Source: Chthoniobacterales bacterium
GTDB lineage: Bacteria > Verrucomicrobiota > Verrucomicrobiia > Chthoniobacterales > DASVRZ01
DNA: 64,000 nt
Direction: 5' to 3'
Assembly (NCBI GenBank): GCA_038228695.1
Contig: JBBRPA010000007.1
Location: forward strand, 8,263 to 72,262
A model generated the notes under the pieces. The model was not told the DNA's origin. It made no database searches and saw only the letters and a list, made by a program, of their open reading frames with translations. Shown here piece by piece: positions 9,988-18,097 of the stretch (positions are counted from its first letter, which is position 1; the number at the start of each line of letters is the position of its first letter). The position numbers and the translations under genes are program-made.

Positions 9988-10650
9988 TTAACGGTGACAG
10001 CCGGAGCAGTTTTGCGGCGGGCGGATGGCCCATTCCTTGACGAGTTGGGTGCCCATTTCTACTTGGGCCTTTTGCGGATCTTTGCCTTCCGGCTTCCAAT
10101 CCAGATTGAAGACCTTATCGAGCGGACGGACAAATTTTTCGGGGTTGCGATGGCACTCGAGACACCAGCCCATGCTTTGCGGTTGATCGTGGTAAACGAC
10201 CTCCATGTTATTGATATTACCGTGGCAGCTGACACAACTGACGCCACGGTTCACGTGGACCGAGTGGTTGAAGTAAGCATAGTCCGGCGCGTAGTGAATG
10301 CGCACCCAGGGGAGCGGCTGACCGGTTTCCCAAGCGGTCTTGAGCGCGGCAAACTTCGGGTTATTTTTCTGCACCTGTGAGTGGCAGTTCATGCAAGTTT
10401 GCGCGGTCGGAATGTTGGAGTGGGCCGCCACTTCGACATTCGAGTGGCAATAGCGACAATCCATCCCGAGCTGGTTGACGTGAATGTCGTGCTGAAAAGG
10501 CACTGGCTGCACCGGTTGGTAGCCGACGCGGGTGTATTTCGGAGTGAAATAATACGCCACGCCGCCGGTAATGGCCGCTCCGAGAACAGCAACACAGACG
10601 AGAACTTTAAGAGGCAGCTGATTGGTCCAGCGCGGGAAAATATTGGCCAT
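9988..10650 (-). CDS. actA: Alternative Complex III subunit ActA (pentahaem cytochrome c)
   Basis: 220 aa with an N-terminal anchor. It carries five CxxCH motifs: CRYCH, CMNCH, CVSCH, CLECH and CSGCH. It is the first gene of the operon. Confidence 0.9.
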   Translation of the reverse strand: MANIFPRWTNQLPLKVLVCVAVLGAAITGGVAYYFTPKYTRVGYQPVQPVPFQHDIHVNQLGMDCRYCHSNVEVAAHSNIPTAQTCMNCHSQVQKNNPKFAALKTAWETGQPLPWVRIHYAPDYAYFNHSVHVNRGVSCVSCHGNINNMEVVYHDQPQSMGWCLECHRNPEKFVRPLDKVFNLDWKPEGKDPQKAQVEMGTQLVKEWAIRPPQNCSGCHR

Positions 10651-10965
10651 GGCTTATTGGAGCGCGATCACCCGAGGGCTGGTCAGGCGCGGCGTTTTAC
10701 AGACTGTGATCACGTTGGGTTGAGGCATTTTCGGGCTTGCGCAGCCACGGAAAAACACGGCCTCCGAGGAACTGCGAGGCCCAGAGATTATAAATCCTCT
10801 TTTCATTATCAATCAAAATTCTGCGTATTTTCAGCGTTTTTTTCGTTCGTTTCGCGTTGACCCGAAGAAAGTGGAAATTAAGCTATTATTAAAAATTCTA
10901 ATAGCAAACATATTTTGCGGCGAAACTGGACAAGCTTTCCAGTCAAGGCATCGTTGCGCCGCGCC

Positions 10966-11694
10966 ATGTCTCTGCCCTCCGAATCCATCCATCCTCTGCG
11001 GGCCGGGCTCATCGCCGCGCGCGCCACTTGGCTGCCCGGGCTGCTCGTTCAAGGGACGATGGTGGGGGTCGTATTGACTTATTATAAGGTCCCGCAGGCC
11101 CGCCCGGTTTTTGACCAGATTGCCCGGTGGAAATCGGAAGGGGGCGTGGCCTTTTCCATTGTCTCCGCCATGGTGGCCGGCGGGTTGGTGCCGGAAATTT
11201 TACGGGTCCTCTTCTTCCAATCTGGGCGCGCGACGGCACAAAACGGCCGCAACCTTGCCTTCACCCTCCCCTTTTGGGCGCTTCAGGGGCTCTGGGTCGA
11301 TTTCTTTTACCGCGGCCAAGCGGCTTGGTTCGGAAACAACCCGGCTCCATGGACGATCGCGAAAAAAGTCTGCGTGGACCAGTTTCTCTACAATCCTTTG
11401 GTCGCCGCTCCGTTTGGAATCACATTGTATGAATGGAAGAATCGCGGCTACCGCTGGTCGAGCGAGTTTCTTTCTTGGGCTTGGTATCGCGGGCGGATCA
11501 TCCCCGGGCTAGTCGCCACCTGGGCAGTCTGGATTCCGCTGGTTAGCGTGGTTTATTGTTTGCCCCAAACACTACAAATCCCGATTTTCTGTCTGGCACT
11601 GACCTTTTGGGTGACGCTCTTTACTTGGATGACAGAGATTCTCGCCAAAAAGAACCAGCAAGTGCCGAACGACGCAGCGCACCTCGCCCGATGA
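10966..11694 (+). CDS. Mpv17/PMP22-like integral membrane protein (tentative)
   Basis: I chose the ATG at 10966 (MSLPSE...). The ORF track starts at a TTG at 10915. It is a multi-TM protein, and the C-terminal W.WIP....Y.LP....IP.....FW pattern resembles the Mpv17/PMP22 family. Its stop overlaps the next gene's start as ATGA. Confidence 0.45.
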   Translation: MSLPSESIHPLRAGLIAARATWLPGLLVQGTMVGVVLTYYKVPQARPVFDQIARWKSEGGVAFSIVSAMVAGGLVPEILRVLFFQSGRATAQNGRNLAFTLPFWALQGLWVDFFYRGQAAWFGNNPAPWTIAKKVCVDQFLYNPLVAAPFGITLYEWKNRGYRWSSEFLSWAWYRGRIIPGLVATWAVWIPLVSVVYCLPQTLQIPIFCLALTFWVTLFTWMTEILAKKNQQVPNDAAHLAR

Positions 11695-12272
11695 TCGACC
11701 CGCTTTTAGTCATCACACAGACTCGGGAGTATCTTGCGCGCAACCCTCGGGAAGCCGAGCGGCTGGAGCCGTTCCGGATTTTCTTAGAAACGAACGCGCC
11801 AAAGCAGGTCATCTCCCGGAAGCATTTGGCTGGACACGTCACGACCAGCGGATTCCTCGTCAATGATAACGGCGAATCGCTTTTGCTCATTCATCACCGC
11901 AAGTTGGATCGTTTCCTCCAGCCCGGGGGCCACCTCGAGGACGACCCCACCCTGCTCGCCAGCGCGTTGCGGGAAATCCGCGAAGAGGTCGGTCTGCAGG
12001 AAGAGGCGCTCACCCTTTGCCAGCCGGACCATCTTCCCTGCGACATTGATCCCCACCGGATCCCGGCCCGGGGGGAACAACCGGAACACTGGCATTTCGA
12101 TTTCCGCTACCTCTTCCGGGTGCGACCTGGGGCGGAGATCGCCTGTCAAGCCGACGAGGTGGCAGGGGCGGACTGGTTCGGCTGGGAGAGCGAAGAGGTC
12201 CGCCAAATTCTGCCTGAACACGTGATCCGCCGGCTCCGGACCACTATTTGCGCCCAGACACCCGGCGTGTGA
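11691..12272 (+). CDS. NUDIX hydrolase
   Basis: A Nudix box is present: GGHLEDDPTLLASALREIREEVGL (GX5EX7REUXEEXGU). I chose the ATG at 11691 (MIDPLLV...), which overlaps the upstream stop. The 11556 start in the ORF track would overlap the upstream gene by 139 nt. Confidence 0.8.
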   Translation: MIDPLLVITQTREYLARNPREAERLEPFRIFLETNAPKQVISRKHLAGHVTTSGFLVNDNGESLLLIHHRKLDRFLQPGGHLEDDPTLLASALREIREEVGLQEEALTLCQPDHLPCDIDPHRIPARGEQPEHWHFDFRYLFRVRPGAEIACQADEVAGADWFGWESEEVRQILPEHVIRRLRTTICAQTPGV

Positions 12273-12394
12273 TGTCTCTTTTTAGGCAGATTGAGCGACT
12301 GCAACCAAAGTCACCCCGTCAAAACCGCAGATTCACCCGATCGTTGCGGCACAGGGCGCCGGATTTCGCTCCGTATTTATAAAAACTCCGGGCT

Positions 12395-12410
12395 TGGCTC
12401 GGATGTTGCT
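12395..12410 (+). promoter_or_regulatory. candidate sigma-54 (-24/-12) promoter element upstream of amt
   Basis: TGGCTC-GGATG-TTGCT has the GG-N10-GC spacing of the TGGCAC-N5-TTGC consensus. It lies about 410 nt upstream of the amt start, so it implies a very long leader. This is a single-site match only. Confidence 0.25.
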
Positions 12411-12713
12411 TCCCGCCGAGCCGTGTTCAAATTTGTGTCATACGTTTTGATTGTCTGCGGATTTCTGGGAGGGAATCTGCGGGAGATCGCTCCGTTGCAA
12501 CCCGGTCAAAAACACGCATCCGTCCTCGAGTTAACCAGCGCCAACGAGCGCGATCTACCGACGGACAATGCTTTGTCGGCGGCAGAGACCTGCCTCCACG
12601 CGGAGGTAGAAGAAATGCTCTTTCGAGAAAGCTCGAGCCCAATGCGGCTCCCAAAGGAAGGGCGCGCAGACCAGATTTTTTCCAGCCTGTCAGGGGCGCG
12701 GGATCCGCCAGCA

Positions 12714-12786
12714 AGGGGTTGAGCCCCTTTTTCTAGGCTCACTGACCCGTCTGCTGCGGAACCGAATTGCTTCGGTCCCGTTTTTA
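12714..12786 (+). promoter_or_regulatory. two terminator-like hairpins in the amt leader (possible attenuator or riboswitch expression platform)
   Basis: Hairpin 1 is AGGGG-ttgag-CCCCT followed by TTTTCT (12714-12734). Hairpin 2 is GGA(A)CCGAA-ttgc-TTCGGTCC followed by CGTTTTTA (12758-12786). The second ends about 33 nt before the amt ATG. Confidence 0.35.
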
Positions 12787-12818
12787 ATCTCAACCAACCA
12801 AATCTTTACTCGCTTAAT

Positions 12819-14606
12819 ATGTTTAAACTTAACCTGAAAAGACATCTCACTGTCTTAATTTGCACTCTGGTGGCCTGTACCGCCTCGATTAGTATAACGA
12901 ATGCGCAAGAGGCCGCTGCCCCAGTCGCAGAAGCACCTGCTCCAGCGCCTCAGCAGCCTGACTCCGCGGCCTACCCGCCCGGAGCCAACGCCGGAACTGC
13001 CACCGACTTAACGTGGCCCATTCCTGCGGATTCAGCCAGCGTCAATCCCGCCGGAAAAGGCGCAGTCACCAACGACGAACTCATCGCCAACGTCGCTCAC
13101 AACAAAATCTCCATCAACTTGATGTGGACGCTCATCACGGGCTTCCTCGTTATGTTCATGCAGGCAGGTTTTGCCTTGGTCGAAACTGGCTTGTGCCGCG
13201 CGAAAAACGCGGCGCACGTCATGGCCACGAACTTCATGATCTATGGTCTGGGCATGCTCGGATTCTGGATCTGCGGATTCGCGATCATGTTCGGCAACTA
13301 TTGGAATGGACCAGTGCCGATTGGCTGGCAGCCCTCTCTCGGACAAGGTCTCGCCTTGCTGAATAGCGGCTGGACTGTCCAAATCATGGGCCACCCGTTC
13401 GGTCTGATGGGACTCAAAGGATTTTTCCTGAATCCGAGCGTCTTTGATACCGCGGTTCTGACGTTGTTCTTGTTCCAAATGGTGTTCATGGACACCACGG
13501 CCACCATTCCTACCGGGACGATGGCCGAGCGCTGGAACTTCAAACACTTCATCGTATACGGATTCTGGGTCGGTATGCTTCCCTACTCCATCTACGGAAA
13601 CTGGGTCTGGGGCGGCGGCTGGCTCGCGCAACTTGGTCAAAACTTCGGTTTTGGTCACGGCGCAGTCGATTTCGCCGGCTCCGGCGTCGTTCACTTGTGC
13701 GGCGGCGTCATTGCCCTCGCCGGTGGCTTGGTGATCGGACCTCGCCTTGGAAAATATGGCAAAGACGGAAAGCCTCGCGCCATGCCGGGTCACGACGTTC
13801 CTATGGTCATGCTCGGAACGTTCATTCTGGCTCTCGGCTGGTTCGGATTTAACCCCGGATCGACTCTGGCTGGCACCGACCATCGCATCGCCATCGTGGC
13901 CGTGAATACCATGCTCGCCGGTGCTGCGGCTTCCTGCGGCACATTGCTAACCATGTATCTCGTCACCGGAAAACCGGATCCAACCATGCTTTGCAACGGT
14001 TTGCTGGCGGGCTTGGTCGCGATCACTGCGCCCTGTGCTTTCGTTAGCACAACAGGTGCTGTGATCATCGGTTTCATCGCTGGTGTCATCGTTGTCTTCT
14101 CGGTATTCTTCTGGGAACGCACCGCTAAGGTTGACGACTGCGTGGGTGCCCTTTCGGTGCACGGAGTCTGCGGTGCCTGGGGCGTCCTCAGCGTGGGCAT
14201 ATTCGCCAACGGCTCCTACGGGGCCGGTTGGGGTGGCGTGCACAAACTATTCAAAGATGGACAAATCATGACCATCATCAACGATGCAAAACCAGAAACT
14301 CTCGCCAAATATGCGGAGATGACGGGCAGCGGCTGGGCCGATCAAGGCGTTACCGGTATTCTCGGTAAATTCTTCGGTGCTGCGACCTCGGATGCATCGC
14401 AGTTGATCGCCCAAGGCATCGATACACTCGCTTGTATCGTCTTTGTCTTCTCGTTCTCCTGGGTGTTCTTCAAGATCTCGAATGCGATCGTGCCAATGCG
14501 CTCGTCGAGAGAAGACGAACTCGCCGGACTCGATATTCCTGAAATGGGTGTCGAAGCGTATCCCGACTTCCATGTCACCGACGCCACATCTCCGTCGGTT
14601 GATTAA
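12819..14606 (+). CDS. amt: ammonium transporter (Amt family) with signal peptide and Ala/Pro-rich N-terminal extension
   Basis: 595 aa. Amt family signatures are present: FMQAGFALVETG, AVDFAGSGVVHL.GG, LGWFGFNPGS, VHGVCGAWG and 11 or more TM helices. Confidence 0.9.
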   Translation: MFKLNLKRHLTVLICTLVACTASISITNAQEAAAPVAEAPAPAPQQPDSAAYPPGANAGTATDLTWPIPADSASVNPAGKGAVTNDELIANVAHNKISINLMWTLITGFLVMFMQAGFALVETGLCRAKNAAHVMATNFMIYGLGMLGFWICGFAIMFGNYWNGPVPIGWQPSLGQGLALLNSGWTVQIMGHPFGLMGLKGFFLNPSVFDTAVLTLFLFQMVFMDTTATIPTGTMAERWNFKHFIVYGFWVGMLPYSIYGNWVWGGGWLAQLGQNFGFGHGAVDFAGSGVVHLCGGVIALAGGLVIGPRLGKYGKDGKPRAMPGHDVPMVMLGTFILALGWFGFNPGSTLAGTDHRIAIVAVNTMLAGAAASCGTLLTMYLVTGKPDPTMLCNGLLAGLVAITAPCAFVSTTGAVIIGFIAGVIVVFSVFFWERTAKVDDCVGALSVHGVCGAWGVLSVGIFANGSYGAGWGGVHKLFKDGQIMTIINDAKPETLAKYAEMTGSGWADQGVTGILGKFFGAATSDASQLIAQGIDTLACIVFVFSFSWVFFKISNAIVPMRSSREDELAGLDIPEMGVEAYPDFHVTDATSPSVD

Positions 14607-14622
14607 CCAACACTAATTGCAA

Positions 14623-14660
14623 AGGCCGGGCGCCATTCGTGCGCCCGGCCTCTTGCATTT
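14623..14660 (+). terminator. putative intrinsic terminator after amt
   Basis: 11-bp GC-rich stem AGGCCGGGCGC / GCGCCCGGCCT with loop cattcgt. The following T-tract is weak (CTTGCATTTCATTC). Confidence 0.5.
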
Positions 14661-14681
14661 CATTCAAAAATTACTTTCCCC

Positions 14682-15023
14682 ATGAATTCACTCTCTATCC
14701 TACTCAGTATCAGCTCCCTTGTGGTTTTGGTTCTGGGATTTTTTGCCTGGCATCTCACGAGCAGCCGCTCACTTTTTGGCAGTGTCATTTTTGGCACTTT
14801 CGGCTTTATGCTCGCCGCCTTTTACGCGGCCTCTCATCGCAATACGCAAATGATTTTTGTGTTCCCATTTTTCATCACCATGATTTTCGGAGGCCGGGCC
14901 TTCGCGATACTGGTTCGCAGTCTAAGAGGCGAAAAAGAGTTGCGCTTGCCCTCCACCTTGCTGATCGGCGCTACCACAGTGTCTTTGGCGGCCTCGCTCG
15001 CGGCGTATTTTTCCCTCGCCTAG
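14682..15023 (+). CDS. hypothetical small membrane protein (about 4 TM)
   Basis: 113-aa ORF that is hydrophobic throughout, with no recognisable motif. The alternative-frame ORF at 14639..15232 looks like a frame shadow. Confidence 0.4.
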   Translation: MNSLSILLSISSLVVLVLGFFAWHLTSSRSLFGSVIFGTFGFMLAAFYAASHRNTQMIFVFPFFITMIFGGRAFAILVRSLRGEKELRLPSTLLIGATTVSLAASLAAYFSLA

Positions 15024-15070
15024 CGCACCAGACTGGCGGCTGTCGCTGCAACGATCATCGATCGAATCCG

Positions 15071-15215
15071 ACAAAAAGGAACGGCCGCCCGGATTTCCCG
15101 AGGCGGCCGTTATTTTGTCCAACGATAAGCCGAATTTTGTCACCCGCCGATTCCCCGACAGCGCTGCTTTCGCAATTTACCGGGAGCCCAACGAATCCTC
15201 GCGACGAATCGAGAT
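15071..15215 (-). repeat. degenerate duplicate of the rnpB 3' end plus its terminator hairpin (pseudo-rnpB fragment)
   Basis: By manual alignment, 15080-15160 matches 16133-16213 at 73/81 nt. The match includes the ACAAAATTCGGCTTATCG conserved RNase P 3' element and the ACGGCCGCC...GGCGGCCGT hairpin. Weaker, gapped similarity continues to about 15215. Confidence 0.75.
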
Positions 15216-15248
15216 ACGGCTTACGAAATTAGGAGTTCAATAAAACCT

Positions 15249-16109
15249 GTGTTTATTTCCCGAATGACGCGCTTTTTCATTTTGTTTCTCCTGCTTTTCT
15301 GGAACGCCAACGCCCAGGCAGCAGAAGCCTTGCAGAGTTTCCCGAATTGCACCTTGGTCGATCAGCCTTGGGCCGATGGGGACAGTTTTTCGGTGAAATT
15401 TCCCGATGGTAGCGAAAAAACAGTGCGCCTCTATGGAGCGGATTGCATGGAGATCCACCTTAACGGCGACGATTCCAATGCACGGCGGTTGCGCGATCAG
15501 AGGCGTTATTTTGGCATCGCAGATATTCAAAAAGCGAAAGCGCACGGAGAAACGGCCAAAGTCTGGGTGCTCGAAAAGCTCACCAAACCGTTCACCGTGC
15601 ACACCGCGTTTGCCGATGGTCGCGGCGATGGACGTTTCCAGCGGATTTATGGATTCGTGACGACTGCGGACGGAAAAGATTTGGCCACGGAATTAGTTTC
15701 GGGAGGTCTGGCCCGGGCATTTGGGGTCACCCGATCCACTCCGGATGGCACATCTGGAAAGGAATATATGGACCGAATGCGAGACAACGAATTGATCGCC
15801 GCCAAAGTCGGCAAAGGGGCTTGGGCCGACACAAATTGGGCGAAGCTCGGCGAGGAACGACTGCAGGCTCGCACTGAAGTGGCGGAAATCGAAATTGCCA
15901 AGGGAAAGAGCCCTCTGACCGGCACGATCAATTTGAACACAGCCTCTCGTGATGACCTGATGCGCTTGCCCGGGATTGGGGAGACAAAAGCCAACCGCAT
16001 TATTAGCGCCCGAGAGAATCGTCCCTTCAAAAAGGCCGAAGACTTGTTGTCAGTGGAGGGTATTGGGCCCGACCGCCTGGAGAAATTAAGGCCTTTTTTG
16101 GACTTCTAA
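15249..16109 (+). CDS. secreted staphylococcal-nuclease (SNase)-like domain fused to a ComEA-type helix-hairpin-helix DNA-binding domain
   Basis: Signal peptide MTRFFILFLLLFWNANAQA (an alternative ATG lies at 15264). SNase-like motifs: DGDSFSV and VRLYGADCME. The C-terminal INLNTASRDDLMRLPGIGETKANRII....LLSVEGIGPDRLEKLRPFL segment is a ComEA-like HhH pair. Confidence 0.75.
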   Translation: MFISRMTRFFILFLLLFWNANAQAAEALQSFPNCTLVDQPWADGDSFSVKFPDGSEKTVRLYGADCMEIHLNGDDSNARRLRDQRRYFGIADIQKAKAHGETAKVWVLEKLTKPFTVHTAFADGRGDGRFQRIYGFVTTADGKDLATELVSGGLARAFGVTRSTPDGTSGKEYMDRMRDNELIAAKVGKGAWADTNWAKLGEERLQARTEVAEIEIAKGKSPLTGTINLNTASRDDLMRLPGIGETKANRIISARENRPFKKAEDLLSVEGIGPDRLEKLRPFLDF

Positions 16110-16120
16110 TTATTGTGCCA

Positions 16121-16163
16121 ACCCAAAAAAGTAACGGCCGCCCGGATTTCCCCAGGCGGCCGT
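16121..16163 (-). terminator. intrinsic terminator of rnpB (possibly bidirectional, also closing the nuclease gene)
   Basis: On the minus strand, ACGGCCGCC-TGGGGAAATCCG-GGCGGCCGT is followed by TACTTTTTTGGG. On the plus strand the same hairpin is followed by CATTTTG. Confidence 0.7.
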
Positions 16164-16167
16164 CATT

Positions 16168-16591
16168 TTGTCCGACGATAAGCCGAATTTTGTCATCCGC
16201 CGGTTGCCCGGCGCCGTGACGATCATTTATCTCAACGGGACCCAATCGAAACTGAATCCCGCCGCTGAATCTTGCGATTCGAGTGCGACTATTACCCGGG
16301 GATTCCACCGTTGCCGGCAGATGGGCAGGCGGCCCGCTCCCCTGTTTTGTCTTGCACCATCCGGGGTTTATCGTGCGACGCATTTTGCAACGCGCCCGGT
16401 GGGCTCTTACCCCACCTTTTCACCCTGACCCCGACGATTGCTCGCTGGGGCGGTTTGTTTTCTGTGACACTTTCCGTCGAATCCCGCTCTCGCGAAAAAC
16501 TCCCGCGCATTTTACGCGGCGGATTGCCTTGTGGTGTTCGGACTTTCCTCCAGCCTAGCTTGCGCCAGTCCAGCGATCGTCTGTCGGACGC
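16168..16591 (-). ncRNA. rnpB: RNase P RNA, bacterial type A
   Basis: On the minus strand, GAGGAAAGTCCG (CR-I) is the reverse complement of 16539-16550. AGATAAATGATCGTC...ACAAAATTCGGCTTATCGTCGGAC (CR-V/P4 3' side) lies near 16170-16215. P1 pairs GTCCGAC (16589-16583) with GTCGGAC (16176-16170). P2 pairs GACGATC with GATCGTC. GGGTGAAAAGGTGGGGTAAGAGCCCACC corresponds to the E. coli GGGTGAAAGGGTGCGGTAAGAGCGCACC region. The ends are approximate to within 5 nt. Confidence 0.9.
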
Positions 16592-16610
16592 GGCAACGTT
16601 AGCACGAAAG

Positions 16611-17093
16611 TCACGCCATGAGCAGGGAAATTCCAAACACGGCCACCATCACGAGCGCGACAACCACTTTGATGATACTCCCCGCCAATCCGCCTAAAAA
16701 AGTTCCCCAAGTCGACTTACCAGCGGGGAGCAGCCCTTTGCCAGTGAGGAGTTCGCCCGCCAAAACTCCGAGCAGTGGCCCCACGATAATCCCGACCAGA
16801 CCAAAGAAGAGGCCCACGATCGCTCCCAAAATGCCGCCCAACGCACCCCATCGGGTAGCTCCGAAGTATTTCGCGCCTGCCGCGCCGCTCAGAAAATCGA
16901 CCGCCAGCCCCACTAGAACCAAAACCGCCAAAATTGCGATCACGGTCCAGCTTACCCCACGCTCGCCAAAACCCATCCGATGCACGATCGCCCCAGCCAG
17001 AATCAGGACGTGCCCCGGCACCAGAGGCAGAATGGTTCCCAACACCCCACCCAGCATGAGCAGAACAATCACGATCCAGAGAAAAACGTCCAT
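16611..17093 (-). CDS. DUF456-family membrane protein
   Basis: I chose the start at MDVFLWIVIVLL (ATG at 17093); MMNPQ at 17153 is an alternative. The Gly-rich 4-TM pattern (GTILPLVPG, GAAGAKYFGATRWGALGGILGAIVG) is typical of DUF456. The long N-terminal extension to 17420 in the ORF track overlaps the opposite-strand gene and looks spurious. Confidence 0.65.
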   Translation of the reverse strand: MDVFLWIVIVLLMLGGVLGTILPLVPGHVLILAGAIVHRMGFGERGVSWTVIAILAVLVLVGLAVDFLSGAAGAKYFGATRWGALGGILGAIVGLFFGLVGIIVGPLLGVLAGELLTGKGLLPAGKSTWGTFLGGLAGSIIKVVVALVMVAVFGISLLMA

Positions 17094-17171
17094 CGCCCAA
17101 AACGGTCGCCACGATTCCCTCTCCTTGCAACGGGACGTTTGCGGATTCATCATACCCAGGGATCCCCTAAA

Positions 17172-18005
17172 ATGAACGACTCCACGCAGGAAATCTGGGC
17201 CGAAGGCCTGCGCATCGCGACCCGCCTCGGCTCGCGCATCCGACTTTCCCTGATCCGGCGCCAACTCGTAAAAGCGGAGCGCCGGCTCGGCGAACTGGGC
17301 TGGCAACAGGCGCACTACGACCCGCGCGATACCCAATTCATCGCCCTCCAATCCGTCGAGCAGGAACAGGCCCACCTCCATTTCGAGGTCGCCGAATTTC
17401 GCGAAAAAATCACCCTCCAAAAAACCGTCGCCGCCGAAAAATTCGCGGCCCTCACCACCGGCCTAGTTACCGCCGAAAATGAGGCCACCGAAGCGGAGAC
17501 GTCCGCTCAGCGCGACCTCGCCTGCCTCGACGCCGAACGCCGTCGCGAGGGTCCCGCCTACCTCATCGAAAGCCTCGAGCGCGCCCTTGCCGCCAGCGAA
17601 ACCCAGCTCCGCGCCGCCCGGAGCGAAGCCCATCGCCATCAGGAAATTCTCGCTCTGCACGAAGTCGATTCTGGCCAGAAACTGGCTGCGCTGGAGAAAT
17701 CGATCGCGGTTCTCGAAGCGCAACTGGCCGGACTCGAACCGCGCAAATCCGATCATTTCGCCCGCATCGGCCACAATCTCGCCGACGTCGGCATCGCCCC
17801 GATGAACCAACCCGGCGTCCTCACCCGCGTGCTCGACCTGCGCCAGCGCGCCGAGTCGAACGCAACCGCGCTCGCCGAGTCGCTCAACACTTCCCGCGCC
17901 CTGCCCCGAGCGATTCGCCTTGGCGCGTTCGCACTTGACCTCACGATCCTTCTCTCCGGCGTTGGCTTTCTCTATCTCCTCGCCAGCGCCATTGCCCAAG
18001 CCTGA
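17172..18005 (+). CDS. hypothetical coiled-coil protein with C-terminal transmembrane anchor
   Basis: I chose the ATG at 17172 (MNDSTQEIWAEG...). The sequence is a long Ala/Glu/Leu/Arg-rich helix. The C-terminal TM helix is LGAFALDLTILLSGVGFLYLLASAI. No motif was recognised. Confidence 0.5.
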   Translation: MNDSTQEIWAEGLRIATRLGSRIRLSLIRRQLVKAERRLGELGWQQAHYDPRDTQFIALQSVEQEQAHLHFEVAEFREKITLQKTVAAEKFAALTTGLVTAENEATEAETSAQRDLACLDAERRREGPAYLIESLERALAASETQLRAARSEAHRHQEILALHEVDSGQKLAALEKSIAVLEAQLAGLEPRKSDHFARIGHNLADVGIAPMNQPGVLTRVLDLRQRAESNATALAESLNTSRALPRAIRLGAFALDLTILLSGVGFLYLLASAIAQA

Positions 18006-18097
18006 CTCCATTTCCCGGAAATAATTCCACTACGCGTGTCTCCAATCGAAAACTTTCACTTTCCACCGTCCCCCAAACCCACTAAACCAAACCCACT

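Noticed and set aside
10780-10830. FNR/CRP-like half-site (ATCAATCAA / TTGATTGATAAT) upstream of actA
   Set aside because: Only one half resembles TTGAT-N4-ATCAA and the second half does not match. That is not enough evidence to call a binding site.
12291-12722. 143-aa ORF in the NUDIX-amt intergenic region
   Set aside because: It has no motifs and an odd composition, and it overlaps antisense ORFs of similar length. The region looks like a structured non-coding leader instead.
15024-15248. Considered whether the rnpB-like fragment is a second functional small RNA gene
   Set aside because: It covers only about the last third or less of RNase P RNA. It lacks the CR-I GAGGAAAGTCC element and the 5' P1 strand. 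I annotated it as a degenerate repeat instead.
17094-17420. N-terminal extension of the DUF456 ORF (and the 16980-17171 extension of the opposite-strand ORF)
   Set aside because: The two long ORFs overlap each other antisense. Internal ATGs at 17093 (-) and 17172 (+) give non-overlapping genes whose products start at sensible points (TM helix / MNDSTQ).
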